This document shows positions 1-8,846 of a stretch of DNA of 64,000 bases, piece by piece. The position numbers and the translations under genes are program-made. Each line of letters starts with the position of its first letter. The stretch's first letter is position 1. Source of the DNA: Gemmatimonadota bacterium (GTDB lineage Bacteria > Gemmatimonadota > Gemmatimonadetes > Palauibacterales > Palauibacteraceae). Below the pieces are notes generated by a model that was not told the DNA's origin, did no database searches, and worked only from the letters and a program-made list of their open reading frames with translations. The DNA lies in the NCBI GenBank assembly GCA_020351855.1, contig CP070670.1, positions 1,170,294 to 1,234,293 on the forward strand, written 5' to 3'.

Positions 1-2153
1 AGGAGGGACTGCCGCCGAGTCGTATCCTGGCGGTCACCTTCACCAACAAGGCCGCCGAGGTGATGCGTCACCGGATCAGCAGCCTGGTCGGCCACCAGCC
101 CGCCGGAATCTGGGCCGGGACCTTCCATTCGATCTGTGCCCGAATGCTGCGGATCGAGGCCGAGCACACGGATCGGTCGTCGGCCTTCACCATCTACGAC
201 GAGAGCGATTCCGAGCGCGCCATCAAGCGGGCGATGGAAGACGCAGATGCGGATCCGCGCCGCTGGTCGGCCCGAGGGATTCGAGCGCGCATCTCCGACG
301 CCAAGAACGCCATGGTGTCGCCAGCGGAATACGCGGCCGCGGCTTTCGATCCGCTGTCGCGGGTGACCGGGGAGGTGTATCCGGCCTACGAGCGTTTGCT
401 GGCACGCTGCAACGCGTACGACTTCGACGACCTGCTCCTGTATGCCGTGCGCCTGCTGGAGGACCGGCCGGAGGTACGCGAGCACTACGGTGGCCGCTTT
501 GCCCACGTGCTGGTCGACGAGTACCAGGACACCAACCATGCCCAGTACCGGCTCGTGCGCGCCCTGGCCTCGGTGCACGGCAACGTGTGCGTCGTGGGGG
601 ACGATGACCAGTCGATCTACGGCTGGCGCGGTGCCGATCTCCGGAACATCCTGGACTTCGAGCGAGACTTTCCGGGCACCGCCGTCGTCCACCTCGAACA
701 GAACTACCGGTCCACCGGTGCCATTCTGCAGGTGGCGAACGCCGTGATCGCCCGCAATCGGGCTCGCAAGGAGAAGAAGCTCAGGACCGAACGACCGCAG
801 GGCGAGTCCGTCGTCGTTGCCGCCCTCCGCGACGAGCGGGCGGAAGCCGCGTGGACCGTCCGGAAGATCGAACAGCTCCGCGTCCGGCACGCGCTTGGCG
901 AGATCGGCATCCTGTACCGGACGAACGCCCAGTCCCGAGCTTACGAGGATGCGCTTCGCGGAGCGGACATGCCCTATCGCGTGGTCGGCGGGATCCGCTT
1001 CTACGAGCGCCGGGAGGTGAAAGACGTGCTCGCCTACCTGCAGCTGCTCGTAAACCCCAGCGACGATGGCGCCTTCCTGCGAGCGGTGGGCTGGCCCCGC
1101 CGCGGAGTCGGCGCGGTGACGCTCGAGAGGCTCGCGGCCGCCAGGGCCGCGGCAGGCGGCAGCCTGCTCGATGCAGCAGCGTGCGCGGCGGAGCTGGAAG
1201 GCCTGCCGGTTGGACCGGCCAGGGCGCTCGTCTCCTTCGCACGAGACGCGGCCGCGCTCCGAGATCTCGTCTCCGTCGCATCCGCTGCAGACCTCGCGGA
1301 GGAGTGTCTGCGGACGTTCGGCCTTCGTGCGGCGCTCGAGGCGGAAGAGGACGGCGAGGAGAGACTGGCCAACGTCGATGAGCTCGTCGCAGGCATGGCC
1401 GCGTTCGCAGCCGAGGGGGCTGGGATCCAAGCCGAGACGGCCGGGAGCGAGCTCGAGCGTTTTCTGCAGCACGTGTCGCTGCTCTCGGACGTCGACCAGT
1501 ACGACCAGGAGGAAGGGGCCGTATCGCTGATGACCCTTCACAACGCGAAGGGGATGGAGTTTCCGGTGGTGTTCATCGGCGGGGTGGAAGAGGGGCTCCT
1601 CCCCCTCGGTCGTTCGGCCGAGACGATGGAGGCGCTCGAGGAGGAGCGCCGCCTGTTCTACGTCGGGCTGACGCGCGCCATGGACCGGCTGCACGTCACG
1701 CACGTGTCGAGGCGCTTCAGGGCCGGGAGTGCCATGCCCTGCTTCCCGTCGAGCTTCTTGGATGATCTGCCTGAGGAGGCGATCGATCGGCGCCTTTCCG
1801 CCGTCGGCGGGTGGCGTAGCGGCCGGTGGCCACGACCCGTCGATTCCAGTCGACCCGGGCGGGGCGGCCGATCCGACGGTTTCGCGGCTCGATCCGCGGC
1901 CACCCGTTCGAGCTTTACCTGGCGGCGCGACCCGGCCGAAGTTCCGGAATCGGGACCCGTCTACGACTACTCGGAGAGCCAGGAGCCGCTCGAGCTCCTC
2001 ACGGGCGCCCGGATCGTCCATCCGCGCTTCGGAGCCGGAACCGTTCTCTCCGTGGTGGGGGATGGGCGGGCCGCCAAGGCTCGCATCGAATTCGACCTGG
2101 AGGGCCCCAAGATCGTCCTGGTCGCCCATGCAGGATTGCGCCCCGCCCCCTGA
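1..2153 (+). CDS. uvrD: ATP-dependent DNA helicase UvrD/PcrA family, 5' truncated at the window edge; C-terminal Tudor-like domain present
   Basis: Frame-3 translation from nt 3 gives ILAVTFTNKAAEVM (helicase motif I region), so the gene starts upstream of the window. Later UvrD-type motifs VLVDEYQDTN, VVGDDDQSIYGWRGA, QNYRS, TLHNAKGMEFPVVFI and LFYVGLTRAMDRL are present. The C-terminal IVHPRFGAGTVLSV matches the PcrA Tudor fold. Confidence 0.9.
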   Translation, partial: EGLPPSRILAVTFTNKAAEVMRHRISSLVGHQPAGIWAGTFHSICARMLRIEAEHTDRSSAFTIYDESDSERAIKRAMEDADADPRRWSARGIRARISDAKNAMVSPAEYAAAAFDPLSRVTGEVYPAYERLLARCNAYDFDDLLLYAVRLLEDRPEVREHYGGRFAHVLVDEYQDTNHAQYRLVRALASVHGNVCVVGDDDQSIYGWRGADLRNILDFERDFPGTAVVHLEQNYRSTGAILQVANAVIARNRARKEKKLRTERPQGESVVVAALRDERAEAAWTVRKIEQLRVRHALGEIGILYRTNAQSRAYEDALRGADMPYRVVGGIRFYERREVKDVLAYLQLLVNPSDDGAFLRAVGWPRRGVGAVTLERLAAARAAAGGSLLDAAACAAELEGLPVGPARALVSFARDAAALRDLVSVASAADLAEECLRTFGLRAALEAEEDGEERLANVDELVAGMAAFAAEGAGIQAETAGSELERFLQHVSLLSDVDQYDQEEGAVSLMTLHNAKGMEFPVVFIGGVEEGLLPLGRSAETMEALEEERRLFYVGLTRAMDRLHVTHVSRRFRAGSAMPCFPSSFLDDLPEEAIDRRLSAVGGWRSGRWPRPVDSSRPGRGGRSDGFAARSAATRSSFTWRRDPAEVPESGPVYDYSESQEPLELLTGARIVHPRFGAGTVLSVVGDGRAAKARIEFDLEGPKIVLVAHAGLRPAP

Positions 2154-2163
2154 CGGCCGGCAT

Positions 2164-2499
2164 ATGAGCCGCCGTCCCGGCTTCGACCCGGAGGACGTGC
2201 GTCGAGCCTCGGAGCTTGCCAGTCTGAGCCTCGGGCCCGGGGAGCTCGAGCGGTTCGCGCTCGAGCTCGCGCCGCTGCTCGAGCGATTCGCCGGGATTGA
2301 GCCCAAGGAGCCGGCGTCAACCGGCCGCGCGGCTGCGGATGGTCCGGACGAGCTGGTCGCGCGGGGACGGGAGTCACGGCTGCGCTTCCGTCCGGACCGC
2401 CCGGATCCGGATCTCCTGCGGCGATCCCCCAGCGAGGGGGCCCCGGCGTGGCGCGCTTCCCATTTTGTGGTTCCGAGGCTGCCGGCCCACGATCGTTGA
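2164..2499 (+). CDS. gatC: Asp/Glu-tRNA(Asn/Gln) amidotransferase subunit C
   Basis: Small ORF immediately upstream of gatA whose stop overlaps the gatA start by 1 nt (TGATG). The DPEDVRRASELASLSLGPGELERF and FVVPRL pattern is GatC-like. Confidence 0.75.
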   Translation: MSRRPGFDPEDVRRASELASLSLGPGELERFALELAPLLERFAGIEPKEPASTGRAAADGPDELVARGRESRLRFRPDRPDPDLLRRSPSEGAPAWRASHFVVPRLPAHDR

Positions 2500-3962
2500 T
2501 GAATCCGCTCTCATCGCTGGCTGCCTGCCAGAAGCTGCTTTCCAGCCGTGCAGACGGATTCGCGGAGCTCGCCTCGGAGGCCCTGGCGCGCGCCGTCGCC
2601 CTCGAGAGGGGTGAACAGCCGATCCACGCGTTCCTCAGCCTGCGGGACACGGCCCCCTGCGTCGGGCCGGAGCCCTCTCCAGGTGCGTCGTGGCGTGCCG
2701 GGGGCTGCCTGGCCGGCGTGCCGATCGCCGTCAAGGACAACATCTGCACGACGGATTTCCCGACCACGTGCGGCTCCCGGATGCTGCAGGGGTACGTGTC
2801 GCCCTATTCGGCGACCGCGGTGCGGAGGCTCGAAGCAGCCGGCGCATGGATCCTCGGGAAGACGAACCTGGACGAGTTCGGCATGGGATCTTCTACCGAG
2901 CACAGCGCCTACGGGCCGACGCGCAACCCGGCGGACCGCTCGCGGGTGCCCGGTGGCAGCTCGGGCGGATCGGCAGCCGCCGTGGCGGCCGGAGCGGTTC
3001 CCGCGGCCCTCGGCTCCTCGACCGGCGGTTCGGTCCGGCAGCCGGCCGCTCTGTGTGGCATCGTTGGGCTCAAGCCGACGTACGGGCGAGTCAGCCGGTA
3101 CGGGCTCGTGGCCTTCGCCTCGAGTCTCGACCACATCGGCGTGCTGGCCCGTTCGGTGCGGGATGCCGCGACCGTGCTCGAAGCGATAGCCGGATTCGAC
3201 CGGCGCGACGCAACGAGCCAGAGGCGCGATCCGCCGCGCGCCGATCGCGTGTCGGCCGCCGAGCTGGCCGGCCGATCGATCGGCATCCCGGGCGAATACT
3301 TCGGCGACGAGCTGGATGATGGTGTGCGCGCCGTCATGGAGCGCACGCTCGGACTTCTGTCGCGTTGCGGCGCGCGGATCACTCCCGTGTCCCTGCCCTC
3401 GACCGAGCTGGCTCTTGCCTGCTACTACGTCATCGCGCCGGCAGAAGCATCGTCCAATCTGGCCCGGTACGACGGGGTAAGGTTCGGCAGACGCGCCCCG
3501 GGGGTCGCCACGCTCCGGGAGCTGTACGGCCGCAGCCGCGGGGAAGGGTTCGGCGATGAGGTGAAGCGGCGCATCGTGCTGGGGACGCACGTCCTGTCCG
3601 CTCCGCGGTACGAGGCCTTCTACGTCCGGGCTCTTCAACTGCGGCGCCGCGTTGGCGACGACATTCGCCGGGTGTTGGGAGAGGTCGACGCCATCTTCGC
3701 GCCGACCACGCCGAGCCCGGCGTTCCCGCTGGGCTCGCGATGCGCCGCTCCGACCGACATGTACCGGGCCGACCTGTACACCGTGGCGGCGAACCTGGCG
3801 GGAATCCCGGCCCTGTCCGTCCCGATCGGCGACGTCGATGGGTTGCCCGTCGGGGGGCAGTTGATGTGCGGGGCCTGGGAGGAGGAGAAGATGTGCTCGA
3901 TCGGTGCGGCGATCGAGCGGCTCGTCGGGTACGACCCGCCGCGAGCGCGGGGCGTCGGATGA
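2499..3962 (+). CDS. gatA: Glu-tRNA(Gln) amidotransferase subunit A (amidase signature family)
   Basis: Amidase signature GGSSGGSAAAVAAG...GSSTGGSVRQPAALCGIVGLKPTYGRVSRYG is present. Chosen start is at MNPLSSLAACQKLL; the ORF track starts earlier at 2448. Confidence 0.93.
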   Translation: MNPLSSLAACQKLLSSRADGFAELASEALARAVALERGEQPIHAFLSLRDTAPCVGPEPSPGASWRAGGCLAGVPIAVKDNICTTDFPTTCGSRMLQGYVSPYSATAVRRLEAAGAWILGKTNLDEFGMGSSTEHSAYGPTRNPADRSRVPGGSSGGSAAAVAAGAVPAALGSSTGGSVRQPAALCGIVGLKPTYGRVSRYGLVAFASSLDHIGVLARSVRDAATVLEAIAGFDRRDATSQRRDPPRADRVSAAELAGRSIGIPGEYFGDELDDGVRAVMERTLGLLSRCGARITPVSLPSTELALACYYVIAPAEASSNLARYDGVRFGRRAPGVATLRELYGRSRGEGFGDEVKRRIVLGTHVLSAPRYEAFYVRALQLRRRVGDDIRRVLGEVDAIFAPTTPSPAFPLGSRCAAPTDMYRADLYTVAANLAGIPALSVPIGDVDGLPVGGQLMCGAWEEEKMCSIGAAIERLVGYDPPRARGVG

Positions 3963-5428
3963 GCGACCTCGGCACGGGGACGGTGATCGGCCTCGAGGTG
4001 CACGTGCGGCTGGCCACGGTCACTAAGCTGTTCTGCGGCTGCCCGGCGGTGTTCGGCGCGTCTCCGAACAGCCGCGTGTGTCCCATGTGCCTGGGCCTTC
4101 CGGGGGCCCTGCCCACCCTCAACGGGGACGCCGTCCGCCTGGCCGTCCGGGCGGCGCTGGCCCTGGGCTATCGCGTCGAGCGGACTTCGGAGTTCGTCCG
4201 GAAGCAATACTTCTATCCCGATCTGCCGAAGGGTTACCAGATCACGCAGTACGCGCACCCGCTCGCACGGCAGGGCAGCCTGCGGGTTCCCGATGCTGCA
4301 GGGGGACGGCGGGTGCCCCTTCGCAGGCTGCAGCTGGAGGAGGACGCAGGGAAGTCGGTCCACGATCAGCTCGAGAGCTCAAGCTTGCTGGACTTCAACC
4401 GGTGCGGGCTTCCGCTCATCGAGATCGTGACGGAGCCCGTCCTGCGTTCGCCGTCGGAGGCACGCGCCTTCCTTGTCCGCCTGAGACAGGTCCTCGAGCG
4501 ATACGCCCGCGTGAGCGACTGCAGGATGGAGGAAGGCGAGCTGCGGGCGGACGCCAACATCTCGCTCGTCGACTCGGGGGGCGTCACCCGGGCGGGAAGG
4601 GTGGAGGTGAAGAACCTGAACTCGTTCGCGCACGTGGAGCGGGCGCTCGCTGTCGAGGAACGGCGTTTGGCGGCTCGGGTGGCGGAGGGTCACGCCCCGG
4701 GTGCAGAGACGCGGCTCTATGACGCCGAAGCCCGCAAGACGCGCGCCCTGCGCGGCAAGGAGGAGGTGCTTGACTACCGGTACATGCCCGAGCCCGACCT
4801 TCCTCCGCTGCGGATCGATGAGGCGAGCTTGCGGGCCGCGGCAGACGGACTTCCGCCCGCTCCCGCGGAGGTGGAGCGGAGGCTCATCGAGCACCATGGC
4901 CTTAGCCCGCAGGAGGCCGCGCGGATCGCCAACACACCGGGCCGGGCCGCGTATCTGGAAGCGACCGTGGCCGATGGCGGGCTGCCCCTCGCCCGCACCG
5001 CGAGCGGGCTCGTGCTGGGGCAGCTCGCGGCCGAGCGGAAGCGCCGGGGGTTGGAGTCCGAAGCCGATCTCCTGCCGCCGGCCGCCCTGAGGCGGCTTGC
5101 GCAGCTCCGGCTGGACGGCCGACTGAGCGCCCGGACCGCGGCACGGGCTCTCGAGCTGCTGTTCCGGCTCCGCGAGCCGAGCCCGTCGGATGTGGACGAG
5201 CTCGTCGCCAGCCGTCAGCTCACCCAGGTCGCCGAGCCCGCCGAGCTGGAGCGCTGGATCCGGCAGGCACTTGCAGCACATCCCGGGGAGGTCGAGCGGT
5301 ACCGCGCGGGGGAAGAGCGCCTGCTCGGGTACTTCATGGGGGAGGTGATGCGGGCATCCTCGGGACGCGCCGATCCCCGTGCGGCTACGTTGCTCCTGAG
5401 GGCGCTGCTGCGCTCGGCCGAGGGCTGA
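3959..5428 (+). CDS. gatB: Asp/Glu-tRNA amidotransferase subunit B
   Basis: N-terminus MSDLGTGTVIGLEVHVRLATVTKLFCGCPAVFG...VCPMCLGLPGALP is typical GatB. ATGA overlap with the gatA stop; the ORF track extends further upstream to 3740. Confidence 0.93.
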   Translation: MSDLGTGTVIGLEVHVRLATVTKLFCGCPAVFGASPNSRVCPMCLGLPGALPTLNGDAVRLAVRAALALGYRVERTSEFVRKQYFYPDLPKGYQITQYAHPLARQGSLRVPDAAGGRRVPLRRLQLEEDAGKSVHDQLESSSLLDFNRCGLPLIEIVTEPVLRSPSEARAFLVRLRQVLERYARVSDCRMEEGELRADANISLVDSGGVTRAGRVEVKNLNSFAHVERALAVEERRLAARVAEGHAPGAETRLYDAEARKTRALRGKEEVLDYRYMPEPDLPPLRIDEASLRAAADGLPPAPAEVERRLIEHHGLSPQEAARIANTPGRAAYLEATVADGGLPLARTASGLVLGQLAAERKRRGLESEADLLPPAALRRLAQLRLDGRLSARTAARALELLFRLREPSPSDVDELVASRQLTQVAEPAELERWIRQALAAHPGEVERYRAGEERLLGYFMGEVMRASSGRADPRAATLLLRALLRSAEG

Positions 5429-5887
5429 TCAGCCGAGCCTCCGGTGCGTCCGGGTTTTCTCGATTTCGCGATCCCGGTGCTTGCCCCGCACCCGCCGCGT
5501 GGCCCTTGCCCCCCGCAGCAGGGAGGCGGTGCTGAGGAAGCTGCTCTCCGCCTCTTCCTGCACGACCTCCAGAAAGCCGCTGATCTCGGCCGTCCGGTCC
5601 CGCGCCGTGTCGATGATCACGTTGGCCGTTTCCGTCGCCCGGCGAACCGTCCGCCCCACCTCGTCCGCATCGCTGCGGAAGGCGGCGCTCAGGTAGTTGA
5701 CGTTTTCCGCCGCGTTCGTGAGCGTCGGTCGGAGCTCCTTGACGAGGGAGTGTAGCGTTTCGGAGCCCCGCAGCCACTGGCGCAGCTCCTTGAACGCCGG
5801 GATAGCAAACAGGACGAGCGCGATCACCGCGACGTTCAGCCCGATCGAGAGAATCAGGGCGACGGATTCAAGCACCTGGAGGTTCAC
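5429..5887 (-). CDS. DUF948-like small membrane protein (N-terminal TM helix plus coiled-coil), function unknown
   Basis: GTG start preceded by GAGGG. Product MNLQVLESVALILSIGLNVAVIALVLFAIPAFKELRQWLRGS... matches the YtxG/DUF948 architecture. It is the lone minus-strand gene in a plus-strand run, and its stop abuts the gatB stop (TGATCA). Confidence 0.55.
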   Translation of the reverse strand: MNLQVLESVALILSIGLNVAVIALVLFAIPAFKELRQWLRGSETLHSLVKELRPTLTNAAENVNYLSAAFRSDADEVGRTVRRATETANVIIDTARDRTAEISGFLEVVQEEAESSFLSTASLLRGARATRRVRGKHRDREIEKTRTHRRLG

Positions 5888-5920
5888 GGCTGCACCCTCA
5901 TGCCAAGGTAGAGGCTGACC

Positions 5921-5940
5921 CGCCGCGCCGCGCCGCGCCG
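5921..5940. repeat. Pentanucleotide microsatellite (CGCCG)x4 in the divergent DUF948/murA intergenic region
   Basis: CGCCGCGCCGCGCCGCGCCG is read directly; it lies about 35 nt upstream of the DUF948 GTG start on the opposite strand. Confidence 0.8.
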
Positions 5941-6070
5941 CGTGCGGAACGCCTGAGGTCGGTCCGACACCACATCGTGCCGCCGAACGGAATCTAGGTG
6001 CGGCCGCGAGCTGCCTCAACCGACCGACCCTTTCATTGCAGCGGCCGCTCGTGGTTCTCTAGGTTGGATC

Positions 6071-7351
6071 ATGAGCTACTTTCGAATCGAAGGTGGCAGG
6101 CCGCTCGCCGGTACGTTCACACCGGCCGGCAACAAGAACGCGGCGCTGCCGATCCTTGCCGGCTGTCTGCTGACGGAGGAGCCGGTCCGGCTTACGAACG
6201 TGCCCGATATTCGGGACGTTCGCACGATGGTCGATCTCCTGGCCTCGCTCGGCGCGGAGGTGCACTGGGAGAGCCCGAGCGAGGTCGTGCTCAGGGCTAC
6301 CCAGCTGACCGGTCGGAAGATCGACCCCGAGCTCGCGGCGAACATCCGGGCCTCCGTCCTGGTCGCCGGGCCGCTTCTGGCCCGACAGTCGGAGGTAGAG
6401 CTGCCGCCGCCGGGCGGCGACGTGATCGGACGGCGGCGTCTGGACACGCACTTCCTGGCGCTGACCGGGCTCGGCGCCTCGATCGAGGCCAGCGGCTCCT
6501 ACTACATGCGCGCACCTCGTCTGCGCGGGGCCGACATTTTTTTGGACGAGCCATCCGTGACCGGGACGGAAAACGCGGTTCTCGCGGCGGTCACGGCGAG
6601 CGGAATCTCACGGATACGGAACGCGGCCGCGGAGCCGCACGTTCAGGACCTCTGCCGCTTCCTCAACGTGCTCGGCGCACGCATCGGGGGCATCGGCACC
6701 CACATCCTGGAGATCGAGGGCGTCGACCGTCTCTCCGGCGGGGAGTACCGCATCGGGCCGGACCATGTGGAGGTGGGCAGCGTGATCGGCCTGGCCGCGT
6801 GCACGCGATCCGAGGTCATGATCGAACAGGTGAGCCGCGAGGTTCAGGACACCCTGCGGCTGGGCTTCTCGCGGCTCGGGCTCGACTGGGACGCCGTGGA
6901 CGATGGGATCCACGTTCCGGGCGAACAGTCCCTGGAGGTCGAGGCGGACTTCGGGGGTCAGATCCCCAAGATCGACGATGGCCCGTGGCCCGCCTTTCCC
7001 GCTGATCTCATCAGCATCGCGCTCGTCGTCGCCACGCAGTGTCGCGGGACGGTCCTGGTACACGAGAAGATGTTCGAGTCGCGCATGTTCTTCGTGGACA
7101 AGCTGATCTCGATGGGCGGGCGCATCATCCTCTGCGATCCCCACCGCGCTGTCGTGGCGGGACCGGCGCGGCTTCGGGGCGCTCGCCTGCAGAGCCCCGA
7201 CATCCGGGCTGGGATGGCTCTGGTCATCGCGGCCCTGACGGCCGAGGGCGAAAGCGAGATCCACAACATCGAGCAGATCGAGCGGGGCTACGAGAGGGTG
7301 GACGAAAGGCTTCGAGGGCTGGGGGCCGCCATCGAGCGCGTGCCTGAGTGA
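6071..7351 (+). CDS. murA: UDP-N-acetylglucosamine 1-carboxyvinyltransferase
   Basis: [50 protein letters not shown] is a classic MurA N-terminus; the length of 426 aa also fits. Confidence 0.93.
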   Translation: MSYFRIEGGRPLAGTFTPAGNKNAALPILAGCLLTEEPVRLTNVPDIRDVRTMVDLLASLGAEVHWESPSEVVLRATQLTGRKIDPELAANIRASVLVAGPLLARQSEVELPPPGGDVIGRRRLDTHFLALTGLGASIEASGSYYMRAPRLRGADIFLDEPSVTGTENAVLAAVTASGISRIRNAAAEPHVQDLCRFLNVLGARIGGIGTHILEIEGVDRLSGGEYRIGPDHVEVGSVIGLAACTRSEVMIEQVSREVQDTLRLGFSRLGLDWDAVDDGIHVPGEQSLEVEADFGGQIPKIDDGPWPAFPADLISIALVVATQCRGTVLVHEKMFESRMFFVDKLISMGGRIILCDPHRAVVAGPARLRGARLQSPDIRAGMALVIAALTAEGESEIHNIEQIERGYERVDERLRGLGAAIERVPE

Positions 7352-8121
7352 GCCGGTCCGAGTCCGCTCGGACGGCAAGGGAGCGACGTGACGGCGCGGG
7401 ACCGTTTCCCTCGTACCGGCTCAAGGCCTGGGAGAGCGATTTCCCGGGACTCGTCTGCGGGATCACCGAGGCGGGCCCCGATGCGGACTTCGGGGCTCCC
7501 GGCAACGGCGCCCGCGATTTCGTACCGCGGGTAGGGCGTCTGGCCTGCCAGCTGGGCTTTCGGGCCGCCGTTTGGACACGACAGATACATGGGGCGGCAG
7601 TGTGCCGGGCCGACGGTTCGCCGGAGACCGGGTTCGAATCGGCCGGTGAGGCGGATGGCCTGCTGGCGGGCCGCGCGAACCTCCTTCTGCTCGTTATCGT
7701 CGCCGATTGCGTTCCGCTCTACGTCGTCGATCCCGATCACCGCGCGATCATGCTCCTGCACGCCGGTTGGAGAGGCGCAGCAGCCGGCATTCTGGGGCAT
7801 GGCCTCTCGGCGATGCGGGAGGCGTACGGCAGCAAACCTTCGGCCCTGCGCCTCCATCTGGGACCGGCGATCTGCGGAGGGTGCTACGAGGTGGGAGCGG
7901 AGGTGCTCCGCACCTTCGGCCGCCAGGCTGGCAGTCCCGGTCGCCTGGATCTGCGAGGTAAGCTCGTGGGCCAAGCGTTGGGCCACGGCGTCTCTCCGGA
8001 CCGGATCTCGAGGTCCGGATGGTGTACACGCTGTGCCGGGGACCGTTTTTACTCTCACCGGGGTAGTCAGGGCGGATCGGGTCGAATGGCCGCGTTTCTG
8101 GGCTGGCTGGATCCGGGCTGA
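7348..8121 (+). CDS. pgeF: Peptidoglycan editing factor PgeF / YfiH (DUF152 laccase-domain) family
   Basis: Motifs [30 protein letters not shown] and [15 protein letters not shown] are present. GTG start overlaps the murA stop (GTGA). The exact start is uncertain; an alternative GTG lies near 7388. Confidence 0.8.
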   Translation: MSRSESARTARERRDGAGPFPSYRLKAWESDFPGLVCGITEAGPDADFGAPGNGARDFVPRVGRLACQLGFRAAVWTRQIHGAAVCRADGSPETGFESAGEADGLLAGRANLLLLVIVADCVPLYVVDPDHRAIMLLHAGWRGAAAGILGHGLSAMREAYGSKPSALRLHLGPAICGGCYEVGAEVLRTFGRQAGSPGRLDLRGKLVGQALGHGVSPDRISRSGWCTRCAGDRFYSHRGSQGGSGRMAAFLGWLDPG

Positions 8122-8159
8122 TCGGGTCCTGGAGCAAGCCGGGGCCGTCGTACTGCAGG

Positions 8160-8188
8160 TTGCCGCGAGAGCGGTCGAACCCTAGCTT
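8160..8188 (+). promoter_or_regulatory. Candidate sigma70-like promoter for the rimP-nusA-infB operon (TTGCCG-17nt-TAGCTT)
   Basis: -35-like TTGCCG at 8160-8165, a 17-nt spacer, and -10-like TAGCTT at 8183-8188. It lies about 130 nt upstream of rimP and directly upstream of three consecutive hairpins. Confidence 0.3.
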
Positions 8189-8249
8189 TTGGGGGACCAG
8201 GAGCGGCCGGCGATCCGCCGGCCGAAATGTGGCCTTCAGGCCACGTGCG

Positions 8250-8283
8250 AAGTGGGGATGCAGTGCGGACCCCACTTTTTTGT
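8250..8283 (+). terminator. Intrinsic (Rho-independent) terminator or attenuator hairpin in the rimP leader
   Basis: AAGTGGGG (8250-8257), a 12-nt loop, CCCCACTT (8270-8277), then TTTTGTTGG. An 8-bp perfect GC-rich stem is followed by a T-tract, 130 nt downstream of pgeF and 38 nt upstream of the rimP ATG. Confidence 0.6.
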
Positions 8284-8320
8284 TGGAAGTAGCTCCGTCG
8301 GCCAGGCCGACGAGGACGAT

Positions 8321-8812
8321 ATGAGCGGGCTGGAGCAGGCGATCGCAGAGCTCGTGTCGGATCTTGGCTTCGAGCTCGTGACCGTGGAGCGGGCGGGTGG
8401 GCGCCGCCGGCCGCTCCTGAGGGTGCGGATCGAGCGGATCGGAGCCGCTCCGGATCGGTCAGGCGTCACGATCGACGACTGCGTGCGCGTGAGCCGGGAG
8501 CTCGAGCGGCGCATAGGGGCGCCTGGGGAACTGCCGGAGGGCGCGATCGTGGAGGTCTCGTCGCCCGGCGTGGAACGGCCGCTCGTGAAGCCCGCGGACT
8601 ACCGCAGGTTCGCCGGCCAGCACGTACTCGTGCAGGGATACGCTCCGCTGATCGGCGGGCAGAAGAGAGTCGAGGGTCTGCTGCTTGGACTGACGGGAGA
8701 TCCGGAGGAGATCGTCGAGCTGGAGGTGGAGGGAGAGCGCCAGCAGGTCCCGCTGGCGGCGATCGCGAGGGCCAACCTGGTCTACGACTGGGAGGCGGAT
8801 CTCAGAAGTTAG
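8321..8812 (+). CDS. rimP: Ribosome maturation factor RimP
   Basis: MSGLEQAIAELVSDLGFELVTVE...VEVSSPGVERPL is RimP/YlxS-like, and the gene sits immediately upstream of nusA. The ORF track begins at 8189; the internal ATG at 8321 is the preferred start. Confidence 0.82.
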   Translation: MSGLEQAIAELVSDLGFELVTVERAGGRRRPLLRVRIERIGAAPDRSGVTIDDCVRVSRELERRIGAPGELPEGAIVEVSSPGVERPLVKPADYRRFAGQHVLVQGYAPLIGGQKRVEGLLLGLTGDPEEIVELEVEGERQQVPLAAIARANLVYDWEADLRS

Positions 8813-8846
8813 CGGTTGAGGGGAGAGAGAGAACCGGATCGGAGAC

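Noticed and set aside
8122-8320. A metY-like initiator tRNA upstream of rimP, as in E. coli.
   Set aside because: No acceptor-stem or T-loop (GGTTCGAATCC-like) pattern is present. The hairpins here are simple stem-loops. No tRNA, rRNA or other recognisable RNA gene was found anywhere in the window.
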